IMG/VR virus record: IMGVR_UViG_3300036770_008702
Location: 1 to 64,000 of that record
Length of the DNA: 64,000 nt
DNA from: a virus
Reading direction: 5' to 3' (one strand)
The position numbers were made by a program, and so were the translations under genes. The notes beneath the pieces are model-generated. The model had not been told where the DNA came from. It worked only from the letters and a program-made list of their open reading frames with translations, and did no database searches. Numbering within the stretch: the first letter of the stretch is position 1; each line of letters begins with the position of its first letter. Of the stretch, positions 41,794 to 51,400 are shown piece after piece.

Positions 41794-43374
41794 CTAGCCC
41801 CAGAGATCGAGGGTGAGCTGCGAGCGCGGGCCGCCGGGGGTCTGGGCCCCGTCGACGTCGATGCCGACGACGCGAAAATCGCGGCCGGCACCGTAACCGA
41901 GCCGGCTGGTGACCAGACGCACCGCGCTGCCAAGATCGATCGCGGCTCGCGCCTGGGTGAGCCAGACGCCGACCTGAGTGAAGTCGCGCCGCAGCTTGTG
42001 CAGCGCGAGCACCCGGCTGGCCTCGGTTGCCATGTCCGCGGCCTGCTGCAGGCAGGTGTCGCGCAGCATCTCGGGGGCGAGGAGATGGGCGGTCTGCACC
42101 GCGGTGTCGCTGGCGATGGCCTCGCGCCAGGGTTGCAGCAACTCGGCACGACGGGCCTCGGTCAGTGACGGGCCAACGGCGACCAGGTCGTTGGCGCTGG
42201 TCTCGGCATAGGGCCGGCCGCGCAACCGGACCCGCCACACCGGGATCCCGGCATCGGCATCGCGGGTGGCCAGGGTGTCCAAGGCTTCGATCTCGACGTC
42301 GGTGAAGGTGAAGGCCGGGCTGCCGGTCGGCGCCAGCAGCTGGCCGACCTGCCACAGCCCGGTGCGGGTGGGGGCGAGCCAGCCGCCGCAGCCGCTGAGG
42401 ACCTGGTCGATCGCCTGCTGCCGGGTTACCTCGCCGGTGAGGTGGACGCCGCACTCGCCCGTGGCGGCGGCGTTGAGGGTGGTGAAGGACCCGGCATCCA
42501 GATCCCCGACGGCCACGCCGCAGCGCTGCGTCAGCAGGCGCTGGACGATCTCGCCGGCCTTGGCGACATAACCGCCGGCGGCATCGCCCTGCGCATCCAT
42601 GGTGATGCGGCCGACGGCCGACGCGCCGAGGCGGACCAGGCCGAGGGCGAGGCAGGTGTCGAACTGGCCGGCGGCGACCGTCGCGCCTTCGAGGGCTGCC
42701 AGGCTGGCGCGGTTGTTGCCGGAGAAGGTCAGCGCCACGCCCTGGTCGTAGACGGCGTCGACGGCCTGGGCCTGGCCGTCATGGAACTGGTAGATCAGCC
42801 GGGCGGTGTTCACCAGGATGGGGACCAGCTGGTAGCGCCGCCCGAACAGCAGCGGTTTGCGGCGTCCCTTGATGTCGTCGGCACTGCCCTCGGCGCCTGC
42901 AGGGAGGGCATTGTTGCCAGCGTAGAGATTGGCCTGGAGCGGCAGCGCCAGCATCTGCAGCTTGTCACGCAGGCGGATGGTCACGGTGCGGGCGCCGACC
43001 TCGACCTGCTCGGCGGTGCCGGTCAGGAAGGTAGTGGTGCCGCCGGGATAGGGCGCGTTTTGCGGCCCCACACGCACCACCACCTCACGCCCGTCGATAC
43101 CGAGGTCGCGGAGATAGGCAAGGCCCTGGTCCAGGTTGTTGAGCACGATGTCGCCGACACCGACCGTGCTGCCGCCGCCGAGGCGGGCGGCCGAGAACAT
43201 GGTGCGCTTGAAGCGGATCGGCTGCTGCAGGCGCGGGGCGAAGTGGACGTTCGGGGGCACCTCCGTCGGCCGGGTCATGGTGCCGAGGCCGGAGGTGAAG
43301 CGCAGCACTCGGGTGCCGGGGATGGCCGGGTCGTAGGCGGTGACCTCGACCAGAGTGATCAAACCGTCAGGCAT
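41794..43374 (-). CDS. Tail tip/hub-like protein
   Basis: EG..DDIKGRRKPLLFG, VYDQGV; directly after TMP. Confidence 0.8.
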   Translation of the reverse strand: MPDGLITLVEVTAYDPAIPGTRVLRFTSGLGTMTRPTEVPPNVHFAPRLQQPIRFKRTMFSAARLGGGSTVGVGDIVLNNLDQGLAYLRDLGIDGREVVVRVGPQNAPYPGGTTTFLTGTAEQVEVGARTVTIRLRDKLQMLALPLQANLYAGNNALPAGAEGSADDIKGRRKPLLFGRRYQLVPILVNTARLIYQFHDGQAQAVDAVYDQGVALTFSGNNRASLAALEGATVAAGQFDTCLALGLVRLGASAVGRITMDAQGDAAGGYVAKAGEIVQRLLTQRCGVAVGDLDAGSFTTLNAAATGECGVHLTGEVTRQQAIDQVLSGCGGWLAPTRTGLWQVGQLLAPTGSPAFTFTDVEIEALDTLATRDADAGIPVWRVRLRGRPYAETSANDLVAVGPSLTEARRAELLQPWREAIASDTAVQTAHLLAPEMLRDTCLQQAADMATEASRVLALHKLRRDFTQVGVWLTQARAAIDLGSAVRLVTSRLGYGAGRDFRVVGIDVDGAQTPGGPRSQLTLDLWG

Positions 43375-46300
43375 CAGGCGACATCCCGGACGGTGTTGCG
43401 CAGCTTCTGCACGGCCTCGGTGGTGCCACTGGTGCCGGCACGCACCTCGCCAGCGATCAGGACCGCCGCCTCGCGCAGCACCTGGCGCAAGTCGGCAACC
43501 TCCTGGCGCAGCGCCTGGAGATCGGCGCGCAGGCTGTCGGACGCCGCAGGCATGGTGGCGCGGACGCCGAGGGAGCCATCGCCACGGCGGGCCAAGGGCA
43601 TGATCGCCTCGGGCCCGGCCTCGCCGAACAGCGCCATCGGCGCCAGGGTGGGACGACCGACGAGGTCGGGGATGCCGCCGCGCGCGAAAGGGATGACGTT
43701 GCCGCCGGTGAACACGCCGCCGAGGGCAAAGGCGCCGCCTTCGCCGGCGTTGCCGCCACGGGCGTCGTCGATCAGCGTCTGGGTGTTCTGCACGACCTGG
43801 CTGGTGAAGCCGCGTGTCGCGGCAATGTCATCGCGCATGGTGGCGAGGATGGCGTTGGCCGCGGTGAGCAGCCCGGACAGCTTGTCGTCGATGGAGCGGC
43901 TGATCTGGATGGTCTCGGTGGTCTCGACCGCCTGGCGGATGATGCGGGTGATACTCTCGTCGGTCAGCAGCGTCGCCCCGGTGGCGGCGAGCACCTGCTG
44001 GAAGATGCCGCGCAGCACCGCCTCGCTCTCCGGCACGACGATGGTGCCGGTCGGCGCGAAGATGGTCTGGTTGATGCCGCGGGTGACGATGGCGCTCTCG
44101 ATGACCAGGGCCCGCTCGGCGTCCGTCAGAACCCGACCCAGCTGCTGCTCGACGGTGCGGACGACGCTGGCGGCCTGGATCAGTCCGGCGCGCTCCTCGG
44201 CGGTGAGGTCCCGGCCGATGGCTTGGCCGATGGTTCGTTCGATCGCCGCGCCCTGCACCAGGCTATCGCGCTCGGCATCGGACAGGGTGCGCCCGATTGT
44301 CTGCTCGATACTGCGCAGGATGCTGCCGCCCTGCACCAGGCCGGCGCGCTCCGCGTCGGTGAGATCGCGGCCGATGGCTTGCTCGACGATGCGGGCGATG
44401 CTAGCGCCCTGCACCAGGCTATCGCGCTCGGCATCGGAGAGGTTGCGGCCGATCGCCTGTTCAATGCTGCGCAGGATGCCGCCGCCCTGGACCAGGCCAG
44501 CACGCTCGGCGTCGGTGAGGTCTCGCCCCATCGCCTGCTGGATGGCGCGGGTGATATCGGCGTCATAGACGAGCCCGGCGCGTTCGGCGGGCGACAGGTC
44601 ACGCCCGATAGCCTGCTGGATGGCCCGCGTGATGTCGGCAGCCTGCACCAGGCCGGCGCGCTCGGCGACGGAGAGATCGCGGCCCATGGCCTGCTGGATC
44701 GCGCGGGTGATGTCGGCACCATAGACGAGCCCGGCGCGCTCGGCCGGCGACAGGTCACGTGCCATCCCCTGTTGGATGGCACGGGTGACATCGGCGGCCT
44801 GAACGAGCCCGGCACGCTCGGCGACGGACAGGTCGCGCTGCATCGACTGCTCGATGTCGCGGCGCACGACAGCGCCCTGCACCAGGGCGTCGATCTCACC
44901 ATCGGTCAGCAGTCGGCCAAGCCGTTCCTCAACCGTGCGCAGCACCGTAGCGGTCTGCACCAACCGCGCCCGGTCGGCGTCCGGTAGCGCGTTCAACGCC
45001 TCGGTGATGACGCGCACTATCTCGACACCGACCTGGACGTTCACCGAGCCGCCCAGCTGCTGAAGCGCGGCCAGGATCTGCGCGTCGTAGGACTGGGTGG
45101 CCGGCAGGTTCTCCAGGCTGGAGATGATGAACTGGCGCAGCGCCTGGAAGTCGGTGCCTGAGGCATACATGCCACGCCCGGCGGCCAGCAGCGTGTCGGC
45201 GGTCTGAGTGATGCGGGACAGAGCATCGCCGTCGCCGCCACGCGCCAGGGCCAGGTCCCGCCCGAAGGCGTTCTGGGCTTCGGTGAGCCGGTCGGTGGGC
45301 GAGGCGCCGCCGGAAGCTCCGGCGCGCAGTCCATCTATATAAGTACGGATCGCACCACCGGTGCGCAGCAACGCGTCGCGCGCCTGCTCGGCATAGCGGG
45401 CGATGATGGCGGCCCGCTCGGCCGCCTGCGTCTCCTCCAACGCCACCAGCAGCCGCGACTTCTCGGCCGCGGCGGTTGCCAGCGCCTCCAGTTGCTCGGT
45501 GAAGGCCCGTGTCTCCTGCCGCGCCGCCTCGGTCTGGCGGGCTAGTTCGGCCGCCTCGGTGTTGCCAGCTGCGGTGAGCCGCCGCACCACCAGCGCCACC
45601 TCGCCCTGGCGCAGCGTCTCGGTGCGTTGCACCTCCAAGGCCGCGATCTGCCGGGCACGCTCGGTGGCAAGCTTCTCCTCGGCGAGCCCGTACGTACGGG
45701 CCGTCTCGGTTGCCTTGTCGAAGGCGGCGTTGATGGCGTCGATCTGCTGCGCGAAGGCCGCCAGCGGCGCCGTGCCGAGCTTGTCGATCTCGGCCTGGGC
45801 GGCCAGGAAGCCATCGACCCATTGCGCCAGCTTGTCCACGCCGGAGAAGGTCTTGCCCTCCAGCGAGCGGGTGAGGTCAGCGTTGTCCCGCGAGGCAAAG
45901 CGCAGTCGGGTGTACGCCTCTTCGACCGAGCCGGCATCGGCCCAAGAATAGTCGGCGCCGTTCTTGTTCCCGCCGATGACGCTGACGCCACCCACCTGCA
46001 GGCCCCGCTGGGCCAGATAGGCGTTGGTGGCGGCGACAACCTGCTCGGCCTGGGCGAAGACCGCCTTGCCGCTGTCGTTGTAGAAACGGTAGTCAATCGG
46101 CATCAGCTGGTCGGCCATCGCGTTTGACGGCGCCGCGTCAGGCCCCCAGCCGGCGCTCTGCAACCGCAGGCCGAAGCCGCGCACGCTCTCGCCGGGGCCG
46201 AACAGGCCGCCCAGCCCCCCACCGGCTGCCCCGCCGAGCAGGCCGCCGATGAGGGTGCCGATGCCGGGGATGATCGAGCCCAGTGCCGCCCCGGCCAGGG

Positions 46301-48710
46301 CCCCGGCGCCGGAGCCGACCATGCCGCCGGTCTGGTTGCCGCCGAGGAGCGAGTTGAGCAGCATGCCCGCGCCGAAGCCGGCTCCGGCACCGCCCAGCAG
46401 CGAGCCGAACGTCGCGCCGGTGCCGCCGAAAAGCCCGCCACCACCGAAGGCTTGCAACTGGGCGAGCGAGGCCGGGCCGTAGGCCCCGCCCATCGCGCCC
46501 AGCGCGGCACTGGTTGAGGTGCCCCAGCCGGTGATGGCCGTGGCACCCAGCAATCCACCCGCGCCGGTCAGGCCGAGGCCGGAGCCGATGCTGGAAAGCA
46601 GCCCGCCGGGTCCGGTCAGACCCAGCGTCTCGCCGATATTGCCGAGCCCGAGTAGGCTCGCGAGCGAGCCACCGCCCGAGGCCGCACCACCGACGCCACC
46701 GATCCCACCGCCACCGAAGATGCCCTGGACGATGGGGGTGACGATCGGGCGGATCACCGCCTCGGCGGCGATGCGCGCGAAGGTCGCGCGCGCCAGGCGG
46801 TAGAAATCGTCCATCAACCCGGCCCAACCACGGCCCGTGGTGCTGAACAGGTCGGCGAAGCGGTCGCCGGCATAGCGCACCACGTCGTCGGTGGTAGACT
46901 GGATCTGGCGCTCCTGTTCCTTGCGGGCGTCGTCGAGCTTCTTCTGGTCGTCCTGGGCCGACTTGTAGGCCGCCCGCTGCGCCTCGATCTGGCGCACCGT
47001 GGCCTCGATCGCCTCGGCCTCACGCTGCTGAGCGGCGGTGCGCTTCTCGATGGCGGGGATGCCGGCTTCGCGCAGCTGCTTCTCTATCTCCAGCGCGACG
47101 TTCAATGCTGCCACCGCATTGCTGCCCTGGCGTTGCGCCTCGGTCAGGCGGGTCTGGCGGTCGAGCTCGACGGCCAGCGCCTCGGAGACCTTGGCCACCT
47201 TGGCGGCCTGGTCGTCGGCCAGCTTGGCGGCCTTCTGGCCCTCCTCATTGGCCTTGGCCAGCTTGTCCTGATACTCGCGCAGCGCATCCGCCCGCGCCCT
47301 GGTGGCATCGAAGACCGCCCCGCCCGGAAGGGTGGTGACCCCGGCCGCCTCGGCGCGGGTGATCTTTGCCAGCTGCTCCTGATACTCGCGGGTGGCCTTG
47401 AGCTTCTTGTCGTTGGCCTCGACGACCTCGCGCACTTCCTGAGCGGTACGGGTGCGGGCGGCCTCGGCAGCCTTGGCCTGGGCGGTGACGTATTCGCCGA
47501 AGCGCTGCTGCCCGGCATCGCGCTCGATCTCGGCCAGACGGTCATTGGCGGTGCGGTAGTCGCTCTCGGCCTGGCGCAGGGCCGACTGCCGGGCGGTGGC
47601 TGCCGCCTGCAATTGGGCGCGCTGGATGGCGGAGTAGCCCCGCGCCGGGTCCGAGCCGTCATCCATCGCCGGACCGGCGCGCAGGGCTTCCAGACGAGCG
47701 CGGCTGCGGGCGACGTCGTTCTCTGCGGCCTGACGGTCGGTTGGCGCGACATACCGCTGCACCGCATTAACCGCGGCGGCCGCGTCCATCGCCGCCTTGG
47801 CGATCGCCTGGGAGAGGCCGAGCGCCTTGTCGAGTTGGCTGGCGAAGTTGTCCATCGCCGCACCCAGCACGCCGAAGGCGCGGCCCATGGTCGGCGGCAG
47901 CTTGTCGAACTCGGCGGCCAGCTTCTCACCGGCGGCAATCAGGGCGGGGAGGACCCGATCGGCGGTGAGCTTGCCCTCGCTGCCCATCTGGCGCAGCTGG
48001 CCGATGCCGACACCCAGCTCCTTGGCCAGCGCCTGTGCCAGCTGCGGCATGTTCTCCAGCAGCGAGCGCAACTCGTCGCCCTGCAGCACGCCGGAGGCCA
48101 GGGCCTGGCCCAGCTGCTGCACCGCCGCGCCAATCTCCTGCGTGGCGCCACCCGAGACAATGCCGGCCTTCTGGACGCCGACCACCAGCCGCATCACCTG
48201 GTCGTTGGTGGCTCCCACCTCCTTGGCGGCGACGGCGAAGCGATTGAACGCCCCGGCAGATTCCGCCACGGCGATGCCGGTCTGCTGCGACAGGCGGAAC
48301 AACCCCTCGAAGGCATGTTCGGCCGCAGCGGCGGAGCCGGTGGCACTGACCAGGCGGGCCAGCACCGCGGTGGCGGTATCGCCGGCCTGGGCAATTCGCG
48401 TCCCTGCGGCCACGGCAGCCGCGCCTATCGCCGCGAAGCCTGCGGCCAGCCCGCCGGCCGCGACAGACACGCCGCCGAAGGTGCGGCCAACGGTGCCGAG
48501 GCTGCCACCCATGCCCTGGAAGGCGCGGGTGGCGACATCGGAGGCGCCGGCCAGGCGCTGCAACCCAGGCGATGCCGCGGTGCTCGCCACCTCCACCCGA
48601 CGCAGGGCCGCCTCGCCCGCCACGCCGAACTGCTCCAACTCGCGACGGGCACGGTCCGCCCCCTCGGTGGAGACGCGGATACCGACGGTGCGGGCGGTGG
48701 CACCACTCAT
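43374..48710 (-). CDS. Tape measure protein
   Basis: QLGQALASGVLQGDELRSLLEN; FARGG...GEAGPEAIMPL; ~1780 aa. Confidence 0.92.
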   Translation of the reverse strand: MSGATARTVGIRVSTEGADRARRELEQFGVAGEAALRRVEVASTAASPGLQRLAGASDVATRAFQGMGGSLGTVGRTFGGVSVAAGGLAAGFAAIGAAAVAAGTRIAQAGDTATAVLARLVSATGSAAAAEHAFEGLFRLSQQTGIAVAESAGAFNRFAVAAKEVGATNDQVMRLVVGVQKAGIVSGGATQEIGAAVQQLGQALASGVLQGDELRSLLENMPQLAQALAKELGVGIGQLRQMGSEGKLTADRVLPALIAAGEKLAAEFDKLPPTMGRAFGVLGAAMDNFASQLDKALGLSQAIAKAAMDAAAAVNAVQRYVAPTDRQAAENDVARSRARLEALRAGPAMDDGSDPARGYSAIQRAQLQAAATARQSALRQAESDYRTANDRLAEIERDAGQQRFGEYVTAQAKAAEAARTRTAQEVREVVEANDKKLKATREYQEQLAKITRAEAAGVTTLPGGAVFDATRARADALREYQDKLAKANEEGQKAAKLADDQAAKVAKVSEALAVELDRQTRLTEAQRQGSNAVAALNVALEIEKQLREAGIPAIEKRTAAQQREAEAIEATVRQIEAQRAAYKSAQDDQKKLDDARKEQERQIQSTTDDVVRYAGDRFADLFSTTGRGWAGLMDDFYRLARATFARIAAEAVIRPIVTPIVQGIFGGGGIGGVGGAASGGGSLASLLGLGNIGETLGLTGPGGLLSSIGSGLGLTGAGGLLGATAITGWGTSTSAALGAMGGAYGPASLAQLQAFGGGGLFGGTGATFGSLLGGAGAGFGAGMLLNSLLGGNQTGGMVGSGAGALAGAALGSIIPGIGTLIGGLLGGAAGGGLGGLFGPGESVRGFGLRLQSAGWGPDAAPSNAMADQLMPIDYRFYNDSGKAVFAQAEQVVAATNAYLAQRGLQVGGVSVIGGNKNGADYSWADAGSVEEAYTRLRFASRDNADLTRSLEGKTFSGVDKLAQWVDGFLAAQAEIDKLGTAPLAAFAQQIDAINAAFDKATETARTYGLAEEKLATERARQIAALEVQRTETLRQGEVALVVRRLTAAGNTEAAELARQTEAARQETRAFTEQLEALATAAAEKSRLLVALEETQAAERAAIIARYAEQARDALLRTGGAIRTYIDGLRAGASGGASPTDRLTEAQNAFGRDLALARGGDGDALSRITQTADTLLAAGRGMYASGTDFQALRQFIISSLENLPATQSYDAQILAALQQLGGSVNVQVGVEIVRVITEALNALPDADRARLVQTATVLRTVEERLGRLLTDGEIDALVQGAVVRRDIEQSMQRDLSVAERAGLVQAADVTRAIQQGMARDLSPAERAGLVYGADITRAIQQAMGRDLSVAERAGLVQAADITRAIQQAIGRDLSPAERAGLVYDADITRAIQQAMGRDLTDAERAGLVQGGGILRSIEQAIGRNLSDAERDSLVQGASIARIVEQAIGRDLTDAERAGLVQGGSILRSIEQTIGRTLSDAERDSLVQGAAIERTIGQAIGRDLTAEERAGLIQAASVVRTVEQQLGRVLTDAERALVIESAIVTRGINQTIFAPTGTIVVPESEAVLRGIFQQVLAATGATLLTDESITRIIRQAVETTETIQISRSIDDKLSGLLTAANAILATMRDDIAATRGFTSQVVQNTQTLIDDARGGNAGEGGAFALGGVFTGGNVIPFARGGIPDLVGRPTLAPMALFGEAGPEAIMPLARRGDGSLGVRATMPAASDSLRADLQALRQEVADLRQVLREAAVLIAGEVRAGTSGTTEAVQKLRNTVRDVA
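44061..44996 (-). repeat. 12 tandem 78-bp (26-aa) repeats within the TMP
   Basis: Consensus GRDLxxAERAGLVQxAxIxRxIxQAx. Confidence 0.9.
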
Positions 48711-49450
48711 GATTTGACCCCCCGCAGTTCGGCGATGGCGTTGCGCGCAAACCAACCCGGCACTCGCGAGCGCACGCTGGCCACATCGAGCCGCTTGCGC
48801 AGGGTGACGCGGCGCAGCAGCAGGAACATCGGCACGAACCCCTGGGCCAGGACGTCCCGCCGGCGCTGCGCCTGGCTCTTGCGATGGCCGGTCAGCACCT
48901 CGGTGCCGCTGCCGACGAACAGTCGCAGCCGGTTGCGCGTGCGGCGGCTGGTCCCGGTGGCTGCGGCCACCCGCAGGCACCAGAGTGCGGTGCCGGGCCG
49001 CGATCGGCTGGGCAGCACGAAGGCCTCGCCACGCCGCCCGGCCTGGATCATCTGCGCCGGGGTGATGCGCAATCCGCCACGCCGGCCCGACCTACGGCCG
49101 CCAATCGAATTGTAGCCGGTGGGGATGGCCATGTAGGTGCGGCCGCGCGCGACGATGGTGGCGCCGCGGTCAAAGGCGGTGACGACGGTCGGCATGCGCG
49201 ACCAGATCAGGGCTGCTGGCTTGAAGGTGGTCGGTGCCGTCCCTGCGGCCGGATACAGGTTTAGGCGCCAGGCATTGGCGATGCTGCGGCCGCCGTCCTT
49301 GAAGCCAGCCGACCGGGCCTGGGCGCGCAACTCTGACTGCACCTCGCGGCCGGTTGCGGCGACGGCGCGGCGCAGTCCGCCTGCGACGGCGCGCACCTCG
49401 GTCTGCATGGCCTCACGCAGGCGGCCGAACACGGCGGCGCGGACGAACAT
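48707..49450 (-). CDS. DUF6441-like phage protein
   Basis: ELRAQ..SAG...ANAWR, AFDRGATI, VPMFLL..VTLRKRLD. Confidence 0.8.
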   Translation of the reverse strand: MFVRAAVFGRLREAMQTEVRAVAGGLRRAVAATGREVQSELRAQARSAGFKDGGRSIANAWRLNLYPAAGTAPTTFKPAALIWSRMPTVVTAFDRGATIVARGRTYMAIPTGYNSIGGRRSGRRGGLRITPAQMIQAGRRGEAFVLPSRSRPGTALWCLRVAAATGTSRRTRNRLRLFVGSGTEVLTGHRKSQAQRRRDVLAQGFVPMFLLLRRVTLRKRLDVASVRSRVPGWFARNAIAELRGVKS

Positions 49451-49580
49451 GGGCTGGTTCCTGCGGGTGTGCCGACGCTTGCGCTGGCCCATGCCACGGT
49501 TGCGTGGCTACGCTGCGTCCAGGCGGCTCGGATCGTCGAAATTCCGGTCACCGCGTGGCAGCGATCTGGGGAGTGGGTAG

Positions 49581-50474
49581 ATGAGCAAGGTGCGTGTTGG
49601 CTTGGTCCAGATGGCGCTGAAGGCACCGACCTCGGCGCCGGTCGCAGAGATTCGCGACGCGATGAATGCCGCCCATGCCGAGCAGGTGCGCCAGGCGGCG
49701 GAGCAGGGCGTGCAGGTGATCTGCTTCCAGGAGGTGTTCAACGCCCCGTACTTCTGCCCGGTGGCGGAACCGCGCTGGCTGGAAGCCGCGGAGCGCGTGC
49801 CGGAAGGACCAACGACGCAGCTGATGTGCCAGGTCGCCCGCAAGCACAGCATGGTGATCGTGGTGCCGCTCTACCGGCGCCACGACGATGGCCGGAAGAC
49901 CAACACCGCGGTGGTGATCGACGCTGATGGCTCGGTCCTGGGTACCTACGAGAAGACGCACATCCCGACCATTGGGGCGCACCTGCATACGATGATCGGC
50001 AACGAGGAGCGCGGCACCGAGCGCTACTGGTTCGAGCCAGGGACCACGGGGTTCCCGGTGTTCCAGACACGCTACCTGAAGCTGGGGGTCTACATCTGCT
50101 ACGACCGGCACTTCCCCGAAGGCTGGCGTGCCCTCGGTCTGGCCGGCGCCGAGTATGTCGTGAACCCCTCGGCGACCTGGAAGGGGTTGAGTCAGCACCT
50201 CTGGACGCTGGAGCAACCGGCGGCCGCGGTGGCGAACGGTTTCTATGTCGGTGCCATCAACCGCGTCGGTGTCGAGGAACCCTGGGCGATCGGCGAGTTC
50301 TACGGCTCCAGCTATGTGGCTGATCCGCGTGGCCGCATCCTGGCCCAAGGGCCCGACGATCGCGATGCGCTGGTGGTGGCCGATATCGACCTCGATGTCG
50401 TCCGCGAGGTGAAGGCGACGTGGAAGTTCGACGAGCATCGCCGTCCCGAGACCTACGGCGCCCTCACGCGCTGA
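49581..50474 (+). CDS. Nitrilase-superfamily C-N hydrolase, beta-ureidopropionase-like
   Basis: E-K-C triad: FQEVF, YEKTHIP, ICYDRHFPEGWRALGL; ends RRPETY. Confidence 0.92.
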   Translation: MSKVRVGLVQMALKAPTSAPVAEIRDAMNAAHAEQVRQAAEQGVQVICFQEVFNAPYFCPVAEPRWLEAAERVPEGPTTQLMCQVARKHSMVIVVPLYRRHDDGRKTNTAVVIDADGSVLGTYEKTHIPTIGAHLHTMIGNEERGTERYWFEPGTTGFPVFQTRYLKLGVYICYDRHFPEGWRALGLAGAEYVVNPSATWKGLSQHLWTLEQPAAAVANGFYVGAINRVGVEEPWAIGEFYGSSYVADPRGRILAQGPDDRDALVVADIDLDVVREVKATWKFDEHRRPETYGALTR

Positions 50475-50793
50475 CCGACTGGCCGCGGAGCCGCGCCTCG
50501 CTCTCGACCATCTTGGCGTAGATCGTGCCGAGGGTGGCAAAGGCATCAACCAGCCAGGCTGCCTGGTCTCCGACGCCGCCGGCATCGGGCCAGTGCGCGA
50601 CACCACCTTTTGGATCCCGGCATGCGGCCCAAAGGCGGACGACCTCATGCCAGGCTGGCGCAATTGCCAGCCGCGGGTTGTCGCCCTTCCACGGCTCGCC
50701 TGCGACCAGCCAGTCCGAGCCATCCTCCGGCCTCAGCCCTCCGGCGAAGGCGTCGGGGTCCCTGGCGACGGCAAGGGCGCCACGGAGTTTCCC
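50464..50793 (-). CDS. Tail assembly chaperone -1 frameshift extension (gpT-like)
   Basis: Entered through G GGA AAC; WPDAGGVGDQAAWLVDAF. Confidence 0.75.
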   Translation of the reverse strand, partial: GKLRGALAVARDPDAFAGGLRPEDGSDWLVAGEPWKGDNPRLAIAPAWHEVVRLWAACRDPKGGVAHWPDAGGVGDQAAWLVDAFATLGTIYAKMVESEARLRGQSVSA

Positions 50794-51377
50794 TCCGCAC
50801 TCCGGTCCAGCGACACCAGCAGGAAGGCCCGCCAGCCCACGGCAGTGACCTCGCTCGCCGGCAGCACGTCGAGCAGGTCCTCCGGCACCAGTCCCTTGTC
50901 CCGCCGGAAGACCGGCAGCCCGGGACCATCCCAGCCGCGGAGTGCATGCCGGCACGCCACCCAGGGTGCCATGCCAGTCCAGCGCTCGCCGGCCACGCGC
51001 AGTTCCGCATAGACGGGCACGTCCATGCAGGCGGTGATGATCACCGCGAGCCGCGCCTGCGCCTCTGCCAGCTTGGCCTTGAGCGTCGTGTCGTCCGGTG
51101 CAGCATCCACCGCGTCGCGTGCGGCATCGGCGTCGTCGACAACGGCGAGGGCCTCGTCCAGGTTGGCGGGCGCGATCTCGCGCAACGCGGCGCGCAGGCC
51201 GTTGCTGACATCCTGCGGCGACGGGCGCATGCCGGCCTCGCGCGCGAGTGCCGTTCGGAAGGCAATGCGTTCGCGATAGGTCAGTGGCGCCAGACGGTAG
51301 GTCCGCGGGCTGCCCGGCGGGGTGAAAGCCACGAGGTCGTGCGCCGAGAACACCGGCGGGGCGGTCATGCCATCCAT
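50733..51377 (-). CDS. Tail assembly chaperone (gpG-like)
   Basis: Follows tail tube; slippery site near its end. Confidence 0.8.
   Translation of the reverse strand: MDGMTAPPVFSAHDLVAFTPPGSPRTYRLAPLTYRERIAFRTALAREAGMRPSPQDVSNGLRAALREIAPANLDEALAVVDDADAARDAVDAAPDDTTLKAKLAEAQARLAVIITACMDVPVYAELRVAGERWTGMAPWVACRHALRGWDGPGLPVFRRDKGLVPEDLLDVLPASEVTAVGWRAFLLVSLDRSAEGNSVAPLPSPGTPTPSPEG
50787..50793 (-). other. Programmed -1 frameshift heptamer GGGAAAC
   Basis: In-frame GAG GGA AAC; the -1 frame GKLRG... stays open to 50464. Confidence 0.8.
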
Positions 51378-51400
51378 GAGGGGACTCCTGGGGGAAAGGT

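Noticed and set aside
42442-49115. Long plus-strand ORFs (708 aa, 660 aa and others)
   Set aside because: Antisense to tail and TMP genes.
49581-50474. NAD-restoring counter-defence against Dsr1/RES
   Set aside because: No NAD synthetase domain; motifs match the ureidopropionase branch.
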